DNA from: Takakia lepidozioides
Lineage: Eukaryota > Plantae > Bryophyta
Length of the DNA stretch: 64,000 nt
Assembly: GCA_030704615.1 (NCBI GenBank)
Contig: CM060732.1
Location: forward strand, 64,976,001 to 65,040,000
Reading direction: 5' to 3'
Shown here in pieces: positions 34,401-48,300 of the stretch. The stretch's first letter is position 1, and each line of letters opens with the position of its first letter. A program made the translations under genes and the position numbers. Under the pieces are notes generated by a model that was given only the letters and a program-made list of their open reading frames with translations, searched no databases and was not told the DNA's origin.

Positions 34401-35308
34401 AAGTCTGGTGATCTTTTCTGTGGTTTCCAGTGGGCAGCTGAGAAGCCATACCTTCTTATACCATAGCCTTCCATAGGCCATGCTACACACACCAAAGCTC
34501 CAAGCATCTTCCAAATAGCAGGGCATAACCTTGAATAGAGATACCAGAAAACTGATAAGATAGTGAGCTTCATTTGGCGAAAATTATCGTCCATATCACC
34601 ATTGGCAATCACAATGCAGTCCACAAAACATAATTATTCCAGCTTCAGTCCTCCTGGACAAACTGTTTCGCATCCTCAAAGAAGATCGCCTCACCTTATC
34701 AAATCTGTTGTCCCACCAGGGTAAAGGGTCGGAGAAGAATTTCTCCCAGAGCAGTTCTATGCTCATTACTTGACCTGCATGCAAACAGCACTAAAACCTA
34801 CATCTTTAGTAGCTCGTAATTGTCTAGATCTTATGGGGGAATACTAGTATAGGCTTCCCATAATCTTTTCCAGCCCATTCCCAAGCACAGTGTGATGGGC
34901 AAAGAACTTGTAGTCCACGAATCATTCTGTGTTGAAATGGGGGCTAATGAAACAGCGCTGCAATCGACTGTGTTTTCTAGCATGATGTTTTTACCAGCCC
35001 TTGGCTTAAGACTCAATTTACCGTGACCGTTCTGACGTTGAATGCGGTCTGAGCTGAGTTTCCGTACCTTGGTGGATAGAAACCCCACAGATGACTTTGG
35101 AGGATGGATAACCCGCTGGGACTGTGTAAGAGTACGTGGGATCACGCTGAAGAAAACTTTCTTCTGCCCTTATCCATCCCTCGGTGCAACTGGCAATTGT
35201 TCTGCCTTGGTCCACACCAAAGAAATTTGTGTCACATCTGTGGCTTCGCATTACCGTCCATGTAATGAACTCAACAGATTTGCTCAGACATATTGTAGGG
35301 ATTTCCAT
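31463..35308 (-). CDS. PLS-class PPR-E-DYW RNA editing factor with N-terminal OSB/PDF-like motif; model exons 35308-35068, 34774-34695, 34417-31463
   Basis: PLS triplets, PG-box-like KKESGCSCIE, HSEKLA, CGDCH, C-terminal DYW. GT/AG sites in compatible phase join WWDNRFDK to KRSPDFRHK. The first exon is less certain. Confidence 0.92.
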
Positions 35309-35395
35309 GGGTCATCTGCAAGTACTATTATCACCTAGTCTCACGGGTACTGCCAGCAACAGGGTATCCTACAGGGGTAAGCCTTGTAAAATGCT

Positions 35396-35396
35396 G

Positions 35397-35425
<29 letters not shown>
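35396..35425. repeat. (TC)n(CA)n microsatellite
   Basis: tctctctctctctctcacacacacacaca. Confidence 0.9.
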
Positions 35426-35427
<2 letters not shown>

Positions 35428-36616
35428 CAGTGAGTGTAAGAAAATACATAGGGCACATATATCAGAAGTATCTGTTGTTTCAGGTGTACCGGACGTGCTG
35501 ATGGAGTGAGGTCTTCGGTGTCGATTCAGTTCAAGGTCCATACTAGACCCGGACAAGCGACTAGTCTGTACCTTCTTCCTTCCGCTGTGTCCCAGCCATT
35601 AGTTGCCAGAGCCTCATCAGGCCCGGCATTGCCAAGCTGTATGCCCATATCCGCGCCACAGCCTGGCTCTTTGACCTGCTGCCTGACGAGAGAGATCTTC
35701 GGTCCGTTCCACACAAGGAGAAGACAAGGCCAAGACCTGCTCCAGGCGATGCACGATATGAGCAACCTGTTTGTATTCAGTCGCCGTGCTGATTTATGTG
35801 CAGGCTCAGCATCCTCAATGCAGCAATCGTCGCATGGAGAATTCTGAGCGTCTTGTCTGAATTTTGTGGGTTTTCCAATTTCTTCGCCATGAAGGCCAAA
35901 TCCTACCATGGATCATAATTATTCTCGAGCAATCCGCTGCCAGTTTTTCCAGCTTCTTCTTTTGCTTTGCTTCTAAAATTCTCACCAAATACAGCAACCT
36001 GTAGGGTGCAGGTTACCTACATAGTTGCCATTGTGCTCGTGCAATTTCTCGGGTGGGACTCTCTAGACAAACCCAACAGAAAAGTATGGCGCCTTTTTTA
36101 GAAGAGGTAGGAGATCTGGCGGGGTGATTACCTGTCACATTATCGCAACTTGGAGAAAGCTCAAATCCCATACCAGAACAACACGTGGTTCCACACAATT
36201 GGGTCATGAAATTATGTGGATTTGGAGCCAGTCTTTTGATGCTCTGAGAGACTGTCGTTTCACTTGAGAAAGCGATCCACTCTTGTGTACTATCCAGTGG
36301 TGCACTTTAGATGTCATTCTCTCCTCCCTATCTCTCTGGTTTTCTCTATTGACAATTTACATTCTACCTCCATTCATATTGGTTTTATATTACAACCTGT
36401 TTCCTGTAGCTGCAGGTTCTCGGGCTAGTACTGAAGCCCATCGAATTGGGCTAGCTTAAATGCTTCACTGACAACCAACACTGTCGCTTCTTGTTCCTCT
36501 GTGTTCGTAATAGATTCTTGCTCGAAAGTGTCTGTGCTGGATGAGTTTGTATTGAAGCTGTTACGAAATAGTTCTACCTCACTGTGCCAAGGCATTAATC
36601 CAGGCAAGGAGAAGAG

Positions 36617-39600
36617 ATGTCTCAAGCAACGAGAGCAATGCAGTCAAACGGCCTCGGCAATGCGGTGTCATTGCCAGGGTCCTTGCAGTTAATCAAAGGT
36701 AGTTCCCTCAAAGTCTCGAAGAAATTAGTGCATGGTAGAAAAAATATGACATCTCTTTCTGTAAGAGCCGTACAGAATGGAGGGATTGAGGGACACCCGG
36801 TCGAGGTGGCGGCTATGGTGGTTCCCATCACAATGACGTCGGCCATTCTAGCCAGTGCTGGCAATGCGCAGGCCGTTACAGCCGAAGATGTTGCCGGGGC
36901 CTTGACCGAAGTGAGATTTCCTGACCACCTAGCTGAGAGAATATTTCATAAACTCTGGATTGGATTGCACGGATTTCAAAATCCGCTGACATGGTAGATT
37001 TTTGTTCCCTGTAAAAAAATGCAGCTCAGTACGTGATACTCTGGTATCTTCATTTCAAAGCAGTTTTCCAGGCATCCACGTCCTCTCTTCTCCTCATTCT
37101 CTCTGACCCGTGCCTTCTTGGTAAGCATCAGAAGGACCTGTTCATACTTTCAGAGTGCCAAACGAATGCTGAAAGCTGTGACCGTCTTTGGTGTGCATAT
37201 TTACATCATAGTTGAGACGTCATTATAGAGCTTCTGGATGAAACTGGAGGGCCGATTTCGCAATCTGCCGGTCCCAGTATGAAACGGAGTGATGGAATTA
37301 TAAAGCTCGTAGTCAATGGAATCCGCAGCCCATCTTTCAGGTTATCTCTGTGAATGCAAGGAATGTTTCCTCATGGCCCTGGGAAAGAAAACGTTCTCTC
37401 TCTCTCCTTCGCATCCCTGGATTATGTTATGGCTTATGTCAACAAGTGACATCCTGGACTTAGGCCTTTGTGGGATAACTTCCCACAACCAACTCTAAAA
37501 GGATTAGTGTCTGAGTGACTGACATCAAGGGTCTCTCTTCACCAACTTACACCATTCAGTACATCTTTGGCTGATAGATGACCTATTCAAGTCAGCTCTC
37601 TTCTCCTCGTAGCCTTCAGAATCTCCTAAAAAATATACTTCTCTCTGCTGCAGGTTCAAGATGCGTCCTCACAGGTGGCACAGACCGCTGGAAATGCATT
37701 TGAGATAGTGAAGGATGTATTTCAGAAAGCATTTTCAGCATTGAAACCTGCAATTGATGTAGCTGTGCCATATGTCCAGCGAACGACTGACACAGCCCTC
37801 AAAGCAGCAGCACCTGTTGCCAGTGATTTAGGAGCCCAAGCAGAGAAGGCCCTACAGAGTGCGGGAGTTGATACCAAGCCTGTACTTGATGCTGCCAAGG
37901 TAAAACACCGTTTTCCTTGGGATCCACTGGGTGAAGTAACCGCTTTCTAATTACAGTCTGGAGCCTGTGTTGGTGGTCACTGTGTTGGGAATGCTTGTGG
38001 GTCGTTTCCATAGGTGAGTCACTTTTTTGCTCCTCTTCTCCAGTGTCTTCCCTCTGTATACATGTCTCTCTCTCTCTCCGTGTAACTTTCTTCTGATGCC
38101 ATAGACCCTGTCGGGCTTCCTGTGGGCATGAAATTTCTTCTTCTTTTCCCTCCTTCTTTTCCAATTTAAAACTTGTACATACTCTACTGAAATGCTTTAC
38201 ACTAATGGTATCTCAGACAGCAGTGACGGTCGCTGGGGACGCAGCAGGGGAGGCCACAAAGTATTTAGAGGGGGCTAAGCCCTACGCTTCCAACACTTTG
38301 GAGAATTTTTTGGCCTCAGATCCTTTGGTTTTGGCAGAAGCTGCAGGTGCATTGATACTAGTTTACTTTTTGGCACCCGCCATCTTTTCGGGTGTAGCAT
38401 TTGCTGCCCGTGGTTACAAGGGTACGTTCTGATGACTTTCCTTCACTGTACATTGATATATAGCTTCTGGGTATGGAGCATACCTGCATTCCTGCTGTAC
38501 AATATTTTAGCTGGTGAATGTTTCTGGAAGAAGCACATTCCCACCATTGAGTTGTTGAAAACAAGATCTGCAGGACACCCATCTCAGCATCCAGACTGCT
38601 TAGTGGCACAGTGACTCAGGAGATGCTCAACATGGTGACCATGTACAGAATGTAGCCTCTGTGCATCAAAGGAGAACATTCTGGATGAGTATTGAAGGTT
38701 AGTTAAGGACATTTTCAAATGACTTTTGATGAGGTTACTTAACAGATAATTGTGTTTCAAACTCCGAAAAAATCTGGAGATGCAGGTGACCTCACTGCAG
38801 CCCAAGCCCTGGACTTGCTTTCCAAGGAGGACTACACACTAATTGACGTGCGAACAGAGAAAGAGAAGTCCAAATCGGGTGTACCCAATTTACCAAAAAA
38901 TTCAAAAAACAAGTTCATCTTTATCCCGTAAGTAATCTTTTGGAATGACTGGCCCAGGTTTTAAAAGGAATGTCATGAAACCAAATAGATTTGTTGAGCG
39001 CTGTCATAGTAAACAATCCCCCCAACCCTGCCATTCCAGGGGTCTTTTAGTTGTAGTAAGAGCACTGGTTGATTCAAAGCTCGTCCAAAACATGTTCCAG
39101 AAAGTTAAATTGAAATTTGGTTGTTAGTCCAGGCTGGAAAGAAATCACTTATTTAGAAGACACTTCTTCCATCAGTTGGAGCTTTCATTCAGCCAACATA
39201 GCCTGTGTAGTAGTTGAGGGGCACTTGTTGAAATTAAAAGTATATGTCATAGTGTCATCTACAGGCAACAAAATGCAAGACCTGTGCTGGGAAGGTGGGA
39301 ATGCTATTGCCTATTATGCAATGTGTTATTCAGTATTCGCACAGAGACTTGGAAGCCCTAGGTACCCGATTTGGGATGAGGATACCCCTAGGTGGACAAC
39401 CCGACAGAACCTCCACATGAATGGTTTTAACACTGGACCACCCACAGTGCCCTGACAAGGGGAGCTTTTGAGAAGTGCTAGTTTTCTCCGATAGCTGTTT
39501 CTTGGGGCATCTGGGGCACAATAGTAGCTTGATGAATTCATGATGGTACAGCTGACTTAGTCCATGGTGCTGACAGAGTAGAGGAGCTGGCAGGAAAGCT

Positions 39601-40920
39601 GAGGGGCCAACTCCGAAATGCACGCAAAGTTGAAGCAGAGGTAGCTGCCCTCAAAATTGCCTCTTTGAAGAGAATTGGCAAAGGATCAAGAGTTGTTATC
39701 ATTGACTCGTACGCCTCTTTATCTTTCCCTTCTGTCCTGCCCCCTTACCTGGAAGGTCCCTCCCCCTTCCTATTTCTTTCTCATGGACTTCATTCTATGG
39801 GCATAACTAGGGCTTAGAGTTTTGCAAATGGAACACTGTTGGCTGTCCCTTGCTGAGAATATCAACTGACAGCATCTGCCAAATATGTATCTGCAAGAGC
39901 AAGGCATGTGGTGTACATCTATCTTCTTCCCCTCCCTGGCAAGAAAAGAACAAACCAAAAACAATCCTCCCCTTTTTCATATGCTCATGCTCGGACCCTC
40001 CTGTTGGTCAATAAAATTTGCCTGATTGTACTGTAAATGCCAGTTAACTAGCACATGTCCTGAAAACTAATTGGAGCCTGAGGTAGTGAGGGAGGTTTTC
40101 AAGTTGTCTGGGTCTGGTTGAGGTCATTTTTCTTTCTTCACTTGGAATATCACTGACATGATTGCTTGCTCTTCAACTTCCCAGGTCAGGAGACATTTCA
40201 AAAATTGTAGCACGTGCCCTCACTGGTTTGGGCTTTAAAAACACATGGGTCATTGTTGATGGCTATGATGGTGGCAAGGGGTGGGTACAAAGTAGACTGG
40301 GCACCGAATCATATAATTCATCATTTGCTGAAGTGCTATCTCCCTCTAGAATCATGCGTGAAGGTGCGTAGCCTATACGTGAAATTTCAAGCAGCCCAAA
40401 TGTTTATTTCTTAACTAGAAAGGGCCCTATTTATATTTCTAACAGATAGGGAGGGCGTTTTATGTTCTGACGTGCTAGGTGATTAACTTGCTAACAGCAG
40501 CTGTACAGGGTGCATGTTGTTTGCAAGATTATTGTTGGGGTAGCAAATCAAAGCTTTCTTTCATGCACACGCATTTATGTTGGGTAGAGCTCGTTGTCAC
40601 AGAGGGACTTCCTTTGGGTGGATATGGCAGTTTGACAGCCAATCAGGAGAGGAAATATTCTCTATGGGAGACAGGGTAATACATTCTGTCTCCATCCCCC
40701 TCCTGTTCGTTCCTCCTGTGTCTACCAACACAATGTAAATTAGAGCTTCACATCAGGAGTGATGTTAGAAGACAGTGAATTTCTTGTTAATGGTTTATAA
40801 CCGCAGAATGTTTTGGCAGGCACCAAGAGGTTTTTCTCGAGTGCCTCATCGAGCAATGATGTTGTGGATGTAAGCCCCCAAAGCTCAAACCGCCTGCTCC
40901 CCGGAGGCTTTGATGAATAG
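36617..40920 (+). CDS. CAS: Chloroplast calcium-sensing receptor (rhodanese-like domain); exons 36617-36910, 37654-37899, 38217-38421, 38786-38927, 39577-39708, 40185-40363, 40820-40920
   Basis: Transit peptide, TM segment, RGYKGDLTAAQALDLL…IDVRTEKEKSKSGVP, EAEVAALKI, GFKNTWVIVDGYDGGKGW…LSPSR, C-terminal RLLPGG; all introns GT-AG and in phase. Confidence 0.93.
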
Positions 40921-42057
40921 AGATGAGGTGGTACTATTCTTTGGTTAGCTTAGGCTTAATCCCACCCCCTACGGAGTTGTCAATGTTCAGTGAATTTGCA
41001 GAGCTGTGTGCAGAGCTGTGTGTATCATCAGTAGATTGAGAGAGTGAGTGTGCGAGTGCTACCCAGCTTGTGGGGAGGCAGATGACTCGGAATGAGCGAT
41101 TTGACTATTAGGAAAGTTGTCGAAATGATCCAAGTCTGAGATGGACTGAAATAGTGTTCATTTGCTGCTAACTTAAGATGGAAATTATGTTGTGAGGTGA
41201 GAAGACATGGACACTGTTACCAAAACATGCCGAACAAAATTTGCTATCACAATCGCTTAATGAAGAACCGAATTCCCTAACAAGTGGAATATTTGTGGGT
41301 ATTCCAGTTATTGGGTACTGTCATCAGTACTGTCGTCAATGCTGAACATCTGCAGCACCTCCACACATCAGACTGTAGCTGCATTCATACACAACCATCA
41401 GAAGTGGCTCTTATGGCAAAGAGATCAGTGACATGATGGCCGTGACGCCCCTCTAACCCCTCTAACCGCAGAAAGGTATAAATGACCTGCAATACACAGT
41501 ATTGAGGGGTATATGTACTTTGTAAAAATGAAAACTGAATTATCAAGTCTTTGTATGTACTTATAAATGATGCTATGTAATATCTTACATTTGATCTGTC
41601 ACATCTTTGTGATTCTAAATTGAAAACATTGTTTTTTCTTGGAAAACATTGTATTGCACATCATAATTCCCACCCTTGACATATTCACTACTCTATTAAT
41701 TAATTGACTCATGTTTGTTTTTTTTTTTTTTTGGGGGTCCCTGCCTTTGCAGAGCCCACTATTTACTAATTTAGTAGGTAGTAAGTTAGTAGGTAGTAAG
41801 AGGGGGTCCCTTATGAGGGCGGTTGGGACCCTTCTAGAAGCCCATCGACGACATGGGGCCCTTCTAGAAGGCCTTGGACACAGGTCAACCCTACAAGACT
41901 CCCTATTCTAGATTTAGCCAATTCTCCCCTTTTTTTTTTGGACCCCCTCATCTCATTCCTTAATACACGTGGCCTGCCTACATAGGCGCCCCACTCTAAT
42001 TCCTGGGCCACAGTAATTCCTGGACCACTCTAGAATCAGAGCCTGAATGAAACTGCT

Positions 42058-42776
42058 CTACATATTAATACAAGTGTGCAATAGAGCCTCGCACCTGTGC
42101 AAATTCATCCCATTCCGCAGAAACATACCGGATGCGTAGAATTTATTTGATTTCAACATTGCCAACAAGCAACCTAAGAATGTACCTGTTAGCTGCTTTC
42201 CGGAACGCTGGTGAAGGTGATAGATGAAAGCCCTCTCAAAAACATTAGAGGGTGTTAGACATATCCGATTTTTCAGCTTCGCGCTACCGAATAATGCGTA
42301 CATTTCTTTGCCCTCTTCCATGTCTTGGGCTGTAACGTTGTGACCGAAGAATTTGAAATGTGGCTGACCAAGATCCTTTAGACAGTAGCCCAACATACTT
42401 TTCCACGTATGCACCTGCCGCAATTTTTTGCACATGACAGTGTGCCCCGGTGGTGGCAAAGATCCCATCCTAGGAAAGTTTTTATAAGTTTGTTCACTTG
42501 GATGATGCTGGTGGTTACAAACCTAATGACCATCTGAAATGCAAGTGGGACATGGTACCGCCGCGTTCCACCGCAAAAAAAACCGGCAAGGCATTTTTCT
42601 TCAACAAACTTTTTTAACAATTGAAAGAGATCAAGTTGCACGTCGGATCCTCCTACGCCTACAGTATAGGAGACCTCAAATAGTTTTGATGCACGTTTCT
42701 CTGTCGCCGGAAGTTTTTTCGGACGGCCCCTTCCTCTCTTTTTGCAGGGTTCTGCTTCTGCTTTGATGAGTTCCAT
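42058..42776 (-). pseudogene. Replitron-type HUH endonuclease transposase (frameshifted, 3' truncated) with N-terminal AT-hook
   Basis: RGRGRPKK; SYTVGVGGSDV; VERGGTMSHLHFQ (HUH, read across two frameshifts); HTWKSMLGYCLKD (catalytic Y motif). Confidence 0.8.
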
Positions 42777-42949
42777 CTTCGCCTATACTGCCTACCCGCG
42801 TACCGTCCCTGCCTGCTCTCGTGATTACCACCACTCCCTGCTGTCAAACCCCTCCTCCCCTTCTCCGTTCTGCTGCTTTCGCTAAAGTGCCGCGAGCCTT
42901 TGCCCTTAACCGCAGAGTCTCGAGCCTCCCTTGTGGGCCAACCTTCACC

Positions 42950-44070
42950 AGTGGCTATTGCATGCAATAGCTATGTGGGCCCAATGCAAATAGCCACGCT
43001 AGTTGAGTTGAGTCAGCTTGCTAGATGTTGCATGCAATAGCCATGTGCGCCTCACAGGCAATAGCCACTTTGAAGGGGCATGCAATGGCCATGTGGGCCC
43101 AATGCACGTTGCCACTTCTATTCGGACAGGCGCTTAAGCTTTGGCTCGCCTATAGCTGATTTGATTTTTCGGGCGTTTCCCCTCCTACGTACATATTCTC
43201 TTCGAACGTCATATAAATTCGGTGTAGAGGCGTGTATCGCGTCACAATGGAATACAGCCAAGTGCGTTGGAGATGTAATTTCGAGCAGAAAATTTACAGA
43301 GAGCATGACATAATAATAATACAAGTCGGCATAAAACCTCATCGGTTCATCGTTACATCAACAGTCTTTACAGCGCATGTAATAAGCAAGGGGACTACAG
43401 ACCTCACCCGTGGATCAGTAGTAACTATTACGCCACTTATTTACAGTACATCACTCAAGTCATGTAGTGCGGATCAGCACAACACCAAGCAACCCTTCCG
43501 TCCCAAGTAAACCACCGTCTCCCAAAATCCTTCCATCTCCTTGTCTGCAGTCTGCACGTAGACCTGGGCCCACTCCTCCCGCACCTTGAAATCACCCACC
43601 CTACTTGAACCCTAGATCCTCCTGCACCCTCTGGTCCTTGCCTGAGCTCCCACTTTGGGCTATACCTTGCGAAAATCACCTCCATTCTAGAACCTTCCCT
43701 AGCATTCCTTGGCATGGATTCCATGTGGCCCCGCATGCTATAGCCACTTTCAAGGGGCATGCAATAGCCACGTGGGCCCAATGCAAATAGCCATGCTAGT
43801 TGAGCTGAGTCAGCTTGCTAGATGTTGCATGCAATAGCCATGTGCGCCCCACATGCAATAGGCACTTTGAAGGGGCATGCAATAGCCATGCTAGTTGAGC
43901 TGAGTCAGCTTGCTAGATGTTGCATGCAATAGCCATGTGCGCCCCACATGCAATAGGCACTTTGAAGGGGCATGCAATAGCCATGTGGGCCCAATGCACT
44001 CTGCCACTTCTATTCGGACAGCCGCTTAAGCGTCGGGTCGCCTATAGCTGATTTGATTTTTCGGGCGTTT
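42950..44070. repeat. Duplicated GCAATAGCCA-rich repeat blocks (~42960-43179 and ~43757-44070) upstream of the HUH gene
   Basis: Recurrent ATGCAATAGCCATG units, with a shared tail …CTATAGCTGATTTGATTTTTCGGGCGTTT in both blocks. Confidence 0.8.
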
Positions 44071-45339
44071 GGGATAGATATTAATACAAAACATTCTAAG
44101 TTTTACGAATACAACATGTCAAACATTTATAAGTATTTAAGTACATAAATATTTTAATTATATATCTATACATCATCTATAAATTGTACAGCCTATGCAT
44201 TTGTTTACTCATAATATTCTTGAATTCATAGGATACACATAAATGATCTATATAATAATAGGAAGAATGAATATTTAATTATAAAATATTTTCTGTATTT
44301 TAAAATGATATTTATTAATCATTTTTTAAATTTGATCTCTCACATCCATGTGGTTTTTAGTTAAAAATAACTTATTTAACGACAATAAAAATATTCTACT
44401 TATGAGACGCCATACACATAAATGATCAATATAATAATAGAAGGTACATGTAAGAATGAACACTGAATTGTGATATTTTATCTGCATTTAATAAGTCTGT
44501 TATAGAATAGATTATCTTTGTGATTTGTTTAATTAAAAATATTTTTATTACACTAGTAATATTCACTAGTGGACGGCACCTGGCCTCTCATTTTACAATA
44601 ATTGGGACGTTATGGCGCACGCGCGATCTGACCGGTGGGCCCCGTGCACGGACGCCCGGCTCCCCCCACGGGAAACCCCCCGCCGTTGCGCGCGGTCGCC
44701 CACCTGCTGTCGCGGCCCCACCAGTCACGCCCCTAGTCCGGCGCGGCCCCACCAGTCGCGCCCCTAGTCCGGCGCGGCCAATCCGCCCGCCAGTCCACTG
44801 CCCGTGAGTCCAGTTCCCCTCAGTCCGCCAAACCGCCAGTCTGCTGTGCACGCCAGTCCGCTGTGTCAGTCCCCGCAAGTCCACCCAACAGTCCGCTGTG
44901 CCCGTCTGCTGCCCCCCAGTCTGCCAATCTGCTAGTCCGCGCCGGCCGAAGGATCTGGATCGTCCATTCTGAGAAACCCATCCGCGCCATCCATGCCAGT
45001 CCGCTGTGCCAGTCCCGGCCAGTCCACCCAACAGTCTGTCCGCCAGTCCGCCGCCCATGAGTCCGCTTTCCTCCAGTCCACTGATGATGCCGCATCTGGA
45101 CCGTCCGTTCGCAAATGCCATCTGAGCCCTCCATTTTTAGGGCATGAATTCTAAGCTGCCTGCCACTTGTCAGCAGCCGCGAACGTGCGCACTGATGCTC
45201 CTTGCACGTTGTCCATCGTGTCTAGTGTACTGCGGCGCGTTTCTTGCAGGTTCTAAAGCGTGTCCTCTATACTGTACAGGGCGTGGACGTGGAAGCAGAA
45301 GGTGATGATATACTAAAAACGGGATGCTGGATTATACGG

Positions 45340-48300
45340 CCTCTTCGACAAAGTCTGCAGACACCCAAACCAGGACCCTTCAACACGAAGGACCTCCAAT
45401 GGAAGATAGACACGCAATATGGTTATATGGGTGCAAGACAAAATGTTCTGAAGGCCTGCATACTGTGGGATAGAGTTGATGACTTTCTCCTTGGAGAGGA
45501 GAGTTTGGTGGACTACCCCACTCAGTTTTGGGTGAATGTCCATACTAAAGTGCAACCCGGCATGCTAAAAGAGCCGAGAGCCAGCAGTTCTCTGAACAGT
45601 ATCATATGTGCTCCATCCTCATCGTCCTTTTGTAGTCTGATTGCATGTCTGTTGCCATTTTTCGTACCCACGTTCTGTGATTTCATGCTTGTCAGATGCT
45701 GCCAGTGTGCGTACATCCACTACTTCTGCAAGTGGATAAATTGTGAAAGGGATGAAGAGTACCTTGTGGTGATTTGTCCCGAAGGTTGCATCGCATGCAA
45801 CAATACGGGCGTGGCCTAATTGAAGCATTCACTTCTTCTGCCACTCAGTCTGTATGCCAATTGTGAATGTTAAGTCGCAATCGTAATGCTTGAATGTTGG
45901 CGCCAATTTTTCCTCTTGATAGAAGAAAACCGATTTCGGGTTCTGGTCTTTCCACATGCAGACACTCTCCGCATCGTTGGCATGTTTTTTGAACGTTTGT
46001 CACGCCCGTTTCTCGGCCAGGTTGCGCACATCCTGCTCCAGCAAAAAATCGTCTCGTGTCCATGTATCCCCCAACCCGGTGTTGTTCATGACGTGCTCTT
46101 TATGTTCCATCATGATTTGGGCGACTGACAGGCCTCGGCACAGACACTCCATGACCCATGCTTTCAATTCCTCGCTAATGTGTGGTGCATAGGCGTGGCA
46201 AGTGTTCCTGAACTCAACGGACTTCCCATGACAGACGTTCATTTTTGCGTCTGTATGCTCCATATTGTTGTAGTACGTGAGGACACAAATGTCGGGGGCG
46301 AGATAACATTGTTGGACCTTGAAACAGCACTGGCAACCTTGCTTGTAAGACTCTCCATATTCCGACTTCTTTCTCCTTGGGCCTTTATGAGGGTGAGATG
46401 TTCCAGCACCCACAAGAGGTCCTCCACGTTTCAGTTTGGGATCCTCCACTATCGCATTGTTGGTGCGTTTGTCATCTGAACCGTAGCAGCATTGATACCT
46501 GGACATAAAAATCACAATGGATATCCATCAACTTCTGAACAGTTCCCATTGTACACGTTGATGGTCTTCGACGAGTGGCTTAACAGTATACCAGTTGCGT
46601 ACATCATATGCGCGCGTGAGCGGACAATAGATCTGGTGCCGTGGATGGCAGCCTTGTGGGACTCTCTCCTCGCAGAAATGTCGGACTGGCAACCCAATGC
46701 CTTCATTGTGGACGATGCCGACGCCGAAATAAACACCATTACATAAGTTTCACGTACCCTCCTGTACACTTGCGTGCAAGTCTGTCGTCTGTGTCCATTG
46801 TCTGTCACTTCGGCAAGTCCCGTGCCATACAACGCAGTCCTGGCTGCAAGTCCGAGCCATTCATTTATGCAAGTCTGCTGGCAAACCAGTCCGCTAATAA
46901 TGTCCTCTAGCGAAGTCCGCTGGAAGACTTGTGCAAGTATGCTGCAAGGTCAGTCTGCTCAGGTGTGCTGCCAGCAACGTCTGGGTAAGTCTGTTGCCAG
47001 TCTCCTAAGGGCAAGTCCGCTGGCAGGTCAGTCCGCCGGAGGGGACTATTCACAAGCAGTCCGCTGCAAGACTCACGTGCGCCAGTCTGCTGCGACCTCA
47101 GTCTGGTCCAGCAAGTCCGCTGGCAGGCAGGTCCGCCGGAGGGGACTGTTCGCAAGCAGTCCGCTGCAAGACACACGTGCGCGAGTCTGCTGCGACCTCA
47201 GTCTGGTCGAGCAAGTCCGCTCGCAGGCGAGTCCGGTGTCGTGAGGGCAACACTCATGGCAGGTCAAAGTGGGCGAGTCTGCTGCCTGAATCCGTTTGGA
47301 TCAAACGGGCAGACCAGTCAACTAGACAGTCTACTGGGTTAGTGCCCAAGTCCACCGGCGAAGTCCTCTTTGAAGTCTCTCATGTGGGCATGTGTACTTT
47401 GCAGGGCTGTTTTTCGAGGAGTGCTCATTTTCCTGTGCCTTTGGCATGTCCGGCGGGCTTGGGTGAAGCAATCATGTGCGAAAACCAAAGATCATATCAC
47501 TGCCGCAAACTTGCTGAAAGATATGGGAGACCTCATGTACTGTAGAGGTGGACCAATCAATCCCAAAGAAGGTCTTGCATGGGTAGCAACAACGCTCCGA
47601 CGCATGAGAAAGAAATATCCAAATGGGCACGAATTTCTGGACTACATCGATAAGGAATGGCGTCCTAAAATAGCAATGTGGTGTACAACAGCTCGCCATG
47701 TTCCGCATGCCAATCAAGACACCAATGCTAGCATTGAGGCATACCATGGAAACTTGAAGGCAAGACTGAGGATGGGGAAAGGCAAAATGACTGGGCGTAG
47801 AGTGGATTGGCTCATATGGGAACTCACAGGCCGTGTGCTGACACACTACTGGTATGCAATTCACCTGAAGACGCACGGATTCATAAGGAATGACAAACAT
47901 GAGAAGTACATGTCCAGTTCTGTGCTTGCGGCACGCGATATCCCAGCTTGCAATGTCACTCTTCCGTTCCATCCTGGGCAACCAGCCTATGTTCTAAGTA
48001 CCAATCACCCAAACACAATTTACATTGTTTACAACCCTGGATGCGAATGGGCTTATTGCACTTGCCCATGGGCAATGAAGGGCAATTTGTGCAAGCATCA
48101 AGTCCGAGTCTTGAAGTTGCTTCATCCACACTTGCAGGATGAACTCATAGTGCGCGCTTGTGGCACGACGCTGGAAACCATTCATGGAGGATTGCATAAT
48201 GTGTTTAGGGTTCATGCAAGTGTTGGCAAAGAGAGGGTTTGGGAAATGCAACAGAGGGCCCTTCCACAGATGACTTCCCCTATGATGCGGAGCCTGTCCT

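Noticed and set aside
34418-34624. N-terminal 69 aa of the 1053-aa ORF as real protein
   Set aside because: Lies within the predicted intron 34418-34694; splicing restores the PDF motif.
44573-44581. MULE target-site duplication
   Set aside because: GGCACCT vs AGAACCT match only partly; no clean 8-11-bp TSD.
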